Shown here in pieces: positions 44,877 through 53,437 of a stretch of DNA of 64,000 bases. This stretch comes from an uncultured Acidobacteriaceae bacterium (GTDB lineage: Bacteria > Acidobacteriota > Terriglobia > Terriglobales > Acidobacteriaceae). Position numbers and translations under genes: made by a program. The notes under the pieces were generated by a model. The model saw nothing but the letters and a program-made list of their open reading frames with translations, was not told the origin of the DNA and made no database searches. The stretch is taken from contig CAVRCN010000004.1 of the NCBI GenBank assembly GCA_963719575.1, positions 226,875 to 290,874 on the forward strand. The letters are read 5' to 3'. Position 1 is the stretch's first letter. Each line of letters begins with the position of its first letter.

Positions 44877-46739
44877 ATGCGACGGCCACTGTTCATCTTG
44901 TCGGTGGGGCTTCTGGCCACGGGGCTTTCGATCCCGTCCCGCGCTGCTGCGAACGACCCGACAGCACCGGCTCCTGTTTCTTGCAGCAACGGTATTCCCG
45001 GGGGCGTGAACTGCGTCCGCTCTAAGAAAGATGAAAAAGAAGCCCGCAACGCCTATTCCCGCGGGCTGAAGCTGGAAAAGCAACAACAGTTCAACGAAGC
45101 ATTCGACCAATTTGATCGGGCGGTCCGCCTGGATCCGCGCAACCCACAATTCTTCGAGACCCGCGAACTGGCCAAAGCTGGGTTGGTCTACCAGCACGTG
45201 GAGCGCGGCAACCAGTTGCTATACGGGGATGAACGACTCCGCGCCGCCGAGGAATTTCAAGCAGCGCTCGATCTCGATCCCGGGGATCAATTCGCGCGCC
45301 AGCGGCTCCAGGCAACCGCACAGGCCCCTCGCCAGGAACTCCTGCGAGCGGCCTCGACCGTCGGAGACTCCGAAGAGATCCACCTACAACCGACGAAGGC
45401 ACGGGCCAGCTTCCAGTTCCGCGGGGATGTGCGCGCGATGTTCGCTCAGCTGGCATCGTCCTACGGCATGACCGTGGAATTTGACGACTCGGTGACTTCG
45501 CAGCAGGTGCGTTTCTACGTGGACGATGTTGATTTCGAAACCGCGTTGAAACTGGCTTGCGACGTCAGCAAGACCATGTGGACTGCGCTCGGCGCGCGCC
45601 AGTTCTTTGTCGCCAAAGATAATACCGAGAATCACAAGCAGTTCGACCGCATGTCGCTGCAGACGTTTATTCTTCCGCCGCACAGCACGACCGCGGAAGT
45701 GCAGGACATTGTAAACACCCTGAAGAATGTGCTGGAGGCGCGTTTTGTCAGCAACCCCGGACCGACCGGCGACATCATCGAAGTGCGCGCTCCGCAGCCC
45801 GTTCTCGCCGCCTGCGCCAAGCTGATGGCGCAACTCACCGGCGACCATCCCCAGGTCATGCTCGACATTGACGTTTACGAGATCAGCCACCAGCTCACGC
45901 AAAATATCGGCGTGCACGTGCCCAACACTTTTAATCTTTACAACATTCCCGCGGCCGCCCTGGCGGGCCTGGGCGGACAAAATATTTCGCAGCTCATTAA
46001 TCAGCTGATTTCTTCCGGCGGCATCAACCAGGCCAACGGCACCGCAATTTCCTCGCTGCTCGCGCAACTGGGCAGTCAGGGAAACTCCATTTTCAGCAAT
46101 CCACTGGCGACCTTCGGCGGCGGCCTCACCTTTATGGGACTCAGCCTCGATCAACTGGCGGCAAATCTTTCCGTGAACGAATCGTGGGTGCGCAGTCTCG
46201 AGCATCTGAACATGCGCGCCGCCGACGCCGGGGACGCCACATTCCACCTGGGAACCCGCTATCCCATCCTCAACGCTTCCTACGCTCCCATCTACAATTC
46301 ACCGGCGATTGCTTCGGTGATCGGGAACAACAGCTACCAGGCGCCGTTCCCTTCGGTGAGCTACGAGGATCTGGGACTGAATGTGAAGGTGAAGCCGGCG
46401 ATTCACGGCAATGGTGAGGTGAGTCTGCAACTGGAATTACAAGTGCGCTCGCTTACCGGACAAAGCTCAAATGGCGTCCCGGTGATTTCCAATCAGGAAT
46501 ACAAAGGCAGCATTAACCTGAAAGACGGCGAGCCCGCGGCAGTCGCCGGCGAGGTATCGCTGACGGAACAACGTTCGCTCGCCGGCATCCCGGGCTTTGG
46601 ATTTCTTCCGGGACTGAATCAGGTCGCGGCCGAAAATACCCGTGACGATGAGCAGGATGAACTCATGATTGTGGTCACGCCTCACGTGCTGGCCAATAAC
46701 GAGCGGGTCTCGAACGAAATCTGGTTGAGCGGGAAATAA
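44877..46739 (+). CDS. secretin-family outer membrane protein with N-terminal TPR-like region
   Basis: Signal peptide and a TPR-like block (AYSRGLKLEKQQQFNEAFDQFDRAVRLDPRN). C-terminal secretin signature (VMLDIDVYEISH...GIPGFGFLPGL...DELMIVVTPHVL). Confidence 0.75.
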   Translation: MRRPLFILSVGLLATGLSIPSRAAANDPTAPAPVSCSNGIPGGVNCVRSKKDEKEARNAYSRGLKLEKQQQFNEAFDQFDRAVRLDPRNPQFFETRELAKAGLVYQHVERGNQLLYGDERLRAAEEFQAALDLDPGDQFARQRLQATAQAPRQELLRAASTVGDSEEIHLQPTKARASFQFRGDVRAMFAQLASSYGMTVEFDDSVTSQQVRFYVDDVDFETALKLACDVSKTMWTALGARQFFVAKDNTENHKQFDRMSLQTFILPPHSTTAEVQDIVNTLKNVLEARFVSNPGPTGDIIEVRAPQPVLAACAKLMAQLTGDHPQVMLDIDVYEISHQLTQNIGVHVPNTFNLYNIPAAALAGLGGQNISQLINQLISSGGINQANGTAISSLLAQLGSQGNSIFSNPLATFGGGLTFMGLSLDQLAANLSVNESWVRSLEHLNMRAADAGDATFHLGTRYPILNASYAPIYNSPAIASVIGNNSYQAPFPSVSYEDLGLNVKVKPAIHGNGEVSLQLELQVRSLTGQSSNGVPVISNQEYKGSINLKDGEPAAVAGEVSLTEQRSLAGIPGFGFLPGLNQVAAENTRDDEQDELMIVVTPHVLANNERVSNEIWLSGK

Positions 46740-46774
46740 AATACCAGCCCGCTGAATCACCTTCCGTCCCTTGC

Positions 46775-47704
46775 TCACTGTTTCGCAGCGAATTCCACCA
46801 GTTGCTTTAGCACATCGGCAGGAATATTGCTGACGTTGCCGATTCTGCGGCCGTTGATAAACAGCGTCGGCGTGCTGGTCACTTCCATGGACTTGCCGAA
46901 TGCCACGGAAGCATCCACGCGAGCTTTCGTATCGGGCGCGGCGGCGCAGGCGGCAATGTCGGCTCCCTTTACGCCGGCTCCGTCGGCAATCGCAGTGAGT
47001 TTCTCGTCGGCATTTTCGGCCGTGATGTCGGCCTGGGTCTCATAGGTTTTCGAAACGAATTTCCAGAAAGCCTCATTCGACGAACGGCCCACGCAGTCCG
47101 CATAGGCGGCGCCCTTGGCCGCCCAGTTGTGCATCTCCAGCGGGAAATTCTGAAATACGAGGCGCGCGTTGGGCTCGGCGGCCATCAGCGCTTCGATTGC
47201 AGGCTGCGCCGCTTTGCAGGCAGGACACTGCAAATCGCCGAATTCCACAATGGTTGCAGGCGCATCTTTGGGGCCGCGAGAGGGTCCAGTGATTCCCTTC
47301 TCCAGCGCCTTGCGCGCAGGGGCGAACGGCTGCGCCCCGAATGGGATAATATCGCCGGTCAAGGCGTGCGCTCCATCCGCGGTGACGTAGAAGCGGCTGA
47401 GTTGCTGGCCCTGCGGACTGGCGAGAACCACCGACACTTCGGCGAGCCCCGGCACTGGCGCGGGCATGATGGAGGAAATTTTCCACGTCAATTGCGGGTC
47501 ATAGCCGAAAGTGGCGTGCAGAAAGGAATCCACCGTGGCTTCCGATGGAAGAATTGTCGCCGGGTCGTTGGCCGCCGGTTTAGCCGCGGGCTTTGAGGGA
47601 ACATTCAACGAAGGAGCAGTCTGCGCGCCCGTCGACGAGAAAAAGGCAAGCACCGAGAATAATGCTGGAACTAGGATACGAACTGATTTATTAGAACTGC
47701 GCAT
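46775..47704 (-). CDS. DsbA-family thiol:disulfide oxidoreductase
   Basis: Signal peptide. EFGDLQCPACK CxxC motif and a thioredoxin-fold C-terminus (TPTLFINGRR). Confidence 0.75.
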   Translation of the reverse strand: MRSSNKSVRILVPALFSVLAFFSSTGAQTAPSLNVPSKPAAKPAANDPATILPSEATVDSFLHATFGYDPQLTWKISSIMPAPVPGLAEVSVVLASPQGQQLSRFYVTADGAHALTGDIIPFGAQPFAPARKALEKGITGPSRGPKDAPATIVEFGDLQCPACKAAQPAIEALMAAEPNARLVFQNFPLEMHNWAAKGAAYADCVGRSSNEAFWKFVSKTYETQADITAENADEKLTAIADGAGVKGADIAACAAAPDTKARVDASVAFGKSMEVTSTPTLFINGRRIGNVSNIPADVLKQLVEFAAKQ

Positions 47705-47766
47705 GGTTTCCTTTCAAGTTGAAGCTTGTTAAAGAATGAAATATATAACGCCGAACAACCGACCGT

Positions 47767-49407
47767 TTAAACCTCGCTCTTCGCCGCGATCGGAAAACGC
47801 CGGCCGTAGCCGAAAGCCTTGGGCGAAATCTTGAGCCCGGGGGCGGCCTGCTGACGCTTGTATTCGGCGCGATCCACCAGCCGAATCACGCGCCGCACAA
47901 CTTCAATGTCAATGCCTCGCTCCGCGGCGATGCGCTCGGCCGGATGCGATTCTTCCACGTAGTCTTCGAGCACGGCATCGAGAATGTCATAAGGCGGCAG
48001 CGAGTCGCTGTCTTTCTGATTGGCGCGCAGTTCAGCCGAAGGCGGCTTCTCCAGCGTGGCCCGCGGAATCACTTCGCGGCGCGAGTTTACATATTCGCTT
48101 ACCCTGTAGACCAGCGTTTTCGGAACGTCGGAAATTACCGCAAGCCCTCCCACCATGTCTCCATAGAGCGTGCAGTATCCCACGCCCAGTTCGCTCTTGT
48201 TGCCGGTCGAGAGCACGATGGCTCCGAACTTGTTCGAAAGCGCCATCAGGATCATGCCGCGGGCGCGGGACTGGAGATTTTCTTCCGTCACGTCTTCCTT
48301 GTATCCAGTGAAAACACCCCGCAGCGTTTCTCGGTAAGCCTCGTAAGCCTGGTTGATCGAAAGCAGTTCGAAGCGGATGCCGAGATTCTTCGCCAACGTG
48401 CGGGCATCGTCGATGGAACCCTGCGAAGAATAGGGTCCCGGCATGCCCACGCCGATCACATTCTCGGGACCGACCGCGTCGGCGGCGATGGTCGCTGTGA
48501 GCGCCGAATCGATGCCGCCGCTCAGTCCGATGATCGCTTTCTGAAAGCCGCACTTCTGAATATAGTCGCGCGTGCCCAGCACCAGAGCGCCGTAGACGCT
48601 GGCCTCATCGCCGGCGATCTGTTCGTGCATCTCCCCGGTGAGTGTCTTCGAGTCGAAGGTAATCAGGTCTTCCTCAAACGATCGCCCCTGCGCAATGACT
48701 TTGCCCTCGGAATTCAGCACCAGACTGGAGCCATCGAAAACCAAACTGTCGTTGCCGCCGACCTGGTTGACCATCACGACCGGAACTTTGTGCTGTCGCG
48801 CGATGCTGGCCAGCATGTCGCGGCGAAGCTGCCGTTTGCCGATCCAGAACGGCGAGGCCGAAATATTCAGCACGAAGTTGCCGCCGGCGCGTATCAGTGC
48901 ATCGACGGGATCGAGCGGGTAGAGTCGCTTCAGCCAGAACTGCTTGTCGTTCCAGGCATCTTCGCAAATGGTGAGCGCCATGCGGTTGCCGCAAAAAGAA
49001 AATAGTTCTTGCGCTTTGGCGGGCGCGAAGTTCCGCATTTCGTCGAAGACGTCGTAAGTCGGCAGCAGCATTTTCGATTGTATGAAGGCGACTTTGCCAT
49101 CCATGAGCAGCGCGGCGGAGTTCCGCACCGATTTACCCGTCTCCGAATCGGCCGGCGTCACCACGCCGCAAATCACAGCGATGCCTTTAGTTTCTCCGGC
49201 GATCCGCTCTAGGGTTTCACGGTTCCGTGCGACGAACGACGGCCGTTCGACCAGATCCCGCGGTGGATAACCACACACCGAAAGCTCGGGAAAAAGAATC
49301 AATCCCGCGCCCTCGGCCTGAGCGCGGCGCGAAAACTGGATGATCTTGGCGGCGTTCCCGGCAAAATCTCCGACCGTAGGATTGATCTGTCCCAGTGCAA
49401 TCTTCAC
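47767..49407 (-). CDS. nadE: glutamine-dependent NAD+ synthetase
   Basis: N-terminal CN-hydrolase domain (MKIALGQINPTVGD...FPELSVCGYPP...ICEDAW). C-terminal NAD synthase domain (GLSGGIDSAL). Confidence 0.9.
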   Translation of the reverse strand: MKIALGQINPTVGDFAGNAAKIIQFSRRAQAEGAGLILFPELSVCGYPPRDLVERPSFVARNRETLERIAGETKGIAVICGVVTPADSETGKSVRNSAALLMDGKVAFIQSKMLLPTYDVFDEMRNFAPAKAQELFSFCGNRMALTICEDAWNDKQFWLKRLYPLDPVDALIRAGGNFVLNISASPFWIGKRQLRRDMLASIARQHKVPVVMVNQVGGNDSLVFDGSSLVLNSEGKVIAQGRSFEEDLITFDSKTLTGEMHEQIAGDEASVYGALVLGTRDYIQKCGFQKAIIGLSGGIDSALTATIAADAVGPENVIGVGMPGPYSSQGSIDDARTLAKNLGIRFELLSINQAYEAYRETLRGVFTGYKEDVTEENLQSRARGMILMALSNKFGAIVLSTGNKSELGVGYCTLYGDMVGGLAVISDVPKTLVYRVSEYVNSRREVIPRATLEKPPSAELRANQKDSDSLPPYDILDAVLEDYVEESHPAERIAAERGIDIEVVRRVIRLVDRAEYKRQQAAPGLKISPKAFGYGRRFPIAAKSEV

Positions 49408-49574
49408 ACCTCAAGTGTAAAGCCCGCCGCGGTCCAGGGCCAAGTCCGCAGGGACTTGACGGCGCTGATAGCATGTCAGGTGCGCTGCAAAGAATGCGGC
49501 AGAAATTTGACAAAAGCGTTAACATTAACGATTTGGTAGAGGCTTTTCTAACGTTTCTCGAAAGAGGAGAATTC

Positions 49575-51830
49575 ATGATTTTGCCGGCCGGCTCCCCCTG
49601 CGCTGCACGCTCGCTGTCCGCGATCGTCGTTCTCGGTAACGTACTTCTCGCGTTGTTCCTTTTTCCAGCGCATCTGCAATCGCACCCGCAAGACAAGCTT
49701 GCGGCGCATCCCTGGATGAACAGCTCACTTTCGCCCGACGAACGCGCCGCGATGGTGCTGAAGGAAATGACCCTCGACGAGAAAATCACGATTCTGCACG
49801 GCACCGGGATGCAGGGCCTGAGCCCGATGAGCCCGCTGGCAATTCACTCAAACGGCGGCGCCGGGTACGTTCCGGGAATTCCGCGCCTCGGCATCCCGGC
49901 AATTCAAATGTCGGATGCAGCCTACGGAATCCGAAGCAGCGGCGAGAACGGACGTTACTCCACCGCTCTGCCCGCCGATGTGGCGGGCGCGGCCAGTTGG
50001 GATCTCGATGCCGCTTATGAATATGGCGCACTGATCGGCCGCGAACTGCGCGCGCAAGGCTACAACATGACGCTGGGCGGAGGCATCAACCTAACCCGCG
50101 AACCCCGCAATGGGCGCACGTTTGAATACCTCGGCGAAGATCCGGTGCTGGCCGGGACGATGGTCGGCTCGGTAATGAAGGGCCTGCAGGCGCAACACGT
50201 CATCGGCGACATTAAGCATTACGCTCTCAACGATCAGGAGAGCGGCCGCAACGCGGTGAACATCACCATCGACAAGCGAGCCGCGCGCGAAAGCGATTTG
50301 CTGGCGTTCGAAATTGGAGTGCACGAATCGAATGCGGGTGCGGTGATGTGTTCCTACAACCGGGTGGGGGGCGATTATGCCTGCGAGAACAAGTATTTGC
50401 TGACCGATGTGTTGAAGAACGACTGGAAGTTTCCTGGATTCGTCGTGTCCGACTGGGGAGCAACACATAGCGACGCGAAGGCTTCGGCTGCGGGACTCGA
50501 TCACGAGGAGCCCGGCGAGATTTTCTACGGCGACACAATGAAAAAAGCCGTGCAGTCCGGCAAAGTGCCGGTAGCCGAACTGGACGAGCATGTGCGCCGC
50601 ATCCTGCGCTCCATGTTTGCCTGCGGCGTGGTCGATGATCCGCCGGTAAGGGGCGTAGTCGACGTGCTCGGGGGCCTCGAGGTTGCGCAGAAGATCGCGG
50701 AGCAGAGCATCGTGCTGCTCAAGAATGACCGGGCCATCCTTCCGCTCGATGCCTCCAAGATTCACAGCATTGCGGTGATCGGTCCGCATGCCGATGTCGG
50801 AATGATTTCGGGCGGAGGATCGGCGCAGGTGGATCCGCCCGGCGGAAATGCGATCATGCCTCCGGGCAAAGGCCAAACGCACTGGCAGGAACAAATCTGG
50901 TTTCCGACTTCGCCACTCAAAGCGATTCGCGCAAAAGCTCCGTCGGCCAACGTTCAATATGATTCCGGCGCCGATCCTGCTTCCGCGGCTGCTTTGGCGA
51001 AATCGTCCGACGTGGCTGTGGTATTTGTCTACGTATGGGAAAGCGAAGGGATGGACCTGGAGAACCTCTCACTTCCGGGAAATCAAGATGCACTGATCGC
51101 GCAGGTTGCGGCCGCGAATCCGCGCACGGTGGTGGTGCTCGAGACGGGGAGCCCCGTGACTATGCCTTGGGTCGATCAAGTTGGAGGGATTCTCGAAGCC
51201 TGGTACGCCGGAAGCCGCGGCGCCGAAGCCGTGGCGAATATTTTGTTCGGCGAAGTCAATCCGAGCGCGAAGCTGCCCAATACTTTTCCCCGGAGCGTCG
51301 CTGACTTGCCGCATCCTGAGATCGTGAAACCTCCGCGCCAGTCCCAGAGGGGAGGATGGAAGAGGATTGCCGCCGGCTTGCCTGCATTCCAGGTCACCTA
51401 CGACGAAGGCGTGAAAGTCGGATACAAGTGGTACGACGCCGAGAATAAACCCGTTCTCTTTCCCTTCGGCTACGGACTTTCTTACACCACGTACTCGTAT
51501 TCGAATCTCGCGGTCACGCGAAACAAAGATGATGTGCACGTGAGCTTCACCGTTACCAACACCGGCGCGCGGCCGGGAGCGGAAATCGCAGAGGTCTATG
51601 CTGGATTGCCAGCCGCTGCCGGCGAACCGCCGAAGCGTCTGGTGGGCTGGAGCAAGATCAAGCTCAATGCGGGGGAGAGCAAAGAAGCTGCGGTGGTGAT
51701 CGACCCGAAGTATCTTTCAATCTTCAACGTCGACAAGAATGCGTGGCAGTTGCTCCCGGGCGATTACACAATTCTGGTGGGGGGTTCATCGCAGAGTTTG
51801 CCGCTGAAGGAATCAATCAGCGTGAAGTAG
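49575..51830 (+). CDS. GH3 family beta-glucosidase with C-terminal Fn3-like domain
   Basis: AGGAGA RBS before ATG 49575 and a signal peptide. KHYALNDQE and the GFVVSDWGA nucleophile motif. C-terminal FGYGLSYT and EVYAGLP...PKRLVGWSKI. Confidence 0.9.
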   Translation: MILPAGSPCAARSLSAIVVLGNVLLALFLFPAHLQSHPQDKLAAHPWMNSSLSPDERAAMVLKEMTLDEKITILHGTGMQGLSPMSPLAIHSNGGAGYVPGIPRLGIPAIQMSDAAYGIRSSGENGRYSTALPADVAGAASWDLDAAYEYGALIGRELRAQGYNMTLGGGINLTREPRNGRTFEYLGEDPVLAGTMVGSVMKGLQAQHVIGDIKHYALNDQESGRNAVNITIDKRAARESDLLAFEIGVHESNAGAVMCSYNRVGGDYACENKYLLTDVLKNDWKFPGFVVSDWGATHSDAKASAAGLDHEEPGEIFYGDTMKKAVQSGKVPVAELDEHVRRILRSMFACGVVDDPPVRGVVDVLGGLEVAQKIAEQSIVLLKNDRAILPLDASKIHSIAVIGPHADVGMISGGGSAQVDPPGGNAIMPPGKGQTHWQEQIWFPTSPLKAIRAKAPSANVQYDSGADPASAAALAKSSDVAVVFVYVWESEGMDLENLSLPGNQDALIAQVAAANPRTVVVLETGSPVTMPWVDQVGGILEAWYAGSRGAEAVANILFGEVNPSAKLPNTFPRSVADLPHPEIVKPPRQSQRGGWKRIAAGLPAFQVTYDEGVKVGYKWYDAENKPVLFPFGYGLSYTTYSYSNLAVTRNKDDVHVSFTVTNTGARPGAEIAEVYAGLPAAAGEPPKRLVGWSKIKLNAGESKEAAVVIDPKYLSIFNVDKNAWQLLPGDYTILVGGSSQSLPLKESISVK

Positions 51831-51880
51831 CGGTGCGAAATAACGGCCTGAAATAAGGAACGAGACCGAGCGCGGACCGT

Positions 51881-53399
51881 TCACTGCGGAGTGGCAGCAC
51901 GGTTGCCGACGCCGCTGTTCTTTTCCCCGGCGGAAAGATCGTGCATGCAGAGCCGTGTAAGATCGTTTCCGCCGCACTCATCGATCTCCGTCATGGGGAG
52001 ATCCTGCGGACGGACCACATACTTGCCGTCTTCCATCGCCTGGGAAGAATCCACCGAATCCGTCGCCACGGGGCTTCCCGGCCGCACGCGAATGCGAAAC
52101 TGTCCCGAGGCAGGTTCGTAATTGGCATAAGCAAAACATCGTCCAATGCAGGCTCGATCCACGATGTGGTTGATGAAGAGAATCCTCGAATCCCGCGGAG
52201 CAGCGATGGTTTCGATCACGCGGCGGCCGTATGGCAAGGTCTTCGTCATCTGTTCAGCTTGATCTTCCATTTTGTTCAGAGTGCCGGTGTCACGGTACAG
52301 GAAAGAGAAAAAAATAACCGCGCACACCGCAAGACCGGCGAGGTGCCACCTGTGTGGCCGGACTGATCCGAGAATGCACAGCCCGACAATGGCTGTTACC
52401 GCGGTCAGCCGGGCGACTGCGAATGCGACCGGCGCGGCGTAGCGCGGCAGATAAATCAATTCCGGAATCATCGCAGCCACGAACAGCAGGATCGCCCACA
52501 ACTCCAGCGCAGTGCGAAACGACCACACCGGTTCGCCGCTTTTTCGTTGTTGCACCCGGCCATGAATGAAGCAGCCGCTGCCGAAGATGAGTGCGATCCA
52601 AGCCACGACCAAATAGCGATTTCCGTAGAGCACCAATTGGTCGGCGCCATTCAGCAGATAGAAGAACGCGGTGTCCCAATAAGCGACCCGAAAATGGCGG
52701 ACGATATACCAATGCAACCCCAGCACGCCGAGAAATGCTGATGCAAACACCACCCACCGGTACGAGCCGCTAGTCCTCTCCGCCAATCGAATGTAGGCCA
52801 CCGTCCCCACCAAGCTCAAGAAGCCCATGGGATGGGCCAGTAGTGTGAGACCACCCAAAAGAAGTCCAGCGATCCAGTCGACGGCCTGCCCCCGCCAGAA
52901 CAGAGCGCCGTTGCAAAAAGGCAAAGCCCAGCGAGACGTAGTAATTCATGAAGCCCATCTGGAACGTCCAGCCGTAGGCGATCATGGCGATGGCAGGCAC
53001 CAAAAACCATGGCGGGCGTCGCGTAGCCGCCGCGATGAAAGCAAAAGCGCCCCAGAAAAAAATCAACACGCACGCCGACACAACAATCTTTTCTGCCGCG
53101 GCGAATCCGACGGCGCTGCCTAGTTTGGCCAGAGCCACGTCTACGAGAACGTTGTTCCACTGCCGCACCAGGTAGAGCCCAGGCGCGTTTCCCTGCGCGA
53201 TCAATTGCGCCAGCCAGGCGTTGTAGGTATGGCTGGCAAGGTCGCCGGCTTCGATTCGTTTATGCCAGAAGCAAGGCAACAGCAGGACGAGGGAAATTGC
53301 CACGATCGGCCGCCATCGATCGGCCACGAAGGTTAGGGCGCCGAACAAGAGCGGTTTTCTGCGATAATGGGGAGTTGGTGAAGAGACGGTGACGTTCAT
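51881..53399 (-). pseudogene. polytopic membrane protein with soluble C-terminal domain, split by a frameshift in an A5/T5 run
   Basis: ORFs 52770..53432 and 51881..52924 are consecutive TM-rich pieces in different frames. Removing one base from the homopolymer at 52925-52929 joins ...YYVSLGFAF to CNGALFWRGQ.... Confidence 0.6.
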
Positions 53400-53437
53400 C
53401 GAGCGTGACCCAGAACATAAATCCGCGCGCAACAGCC

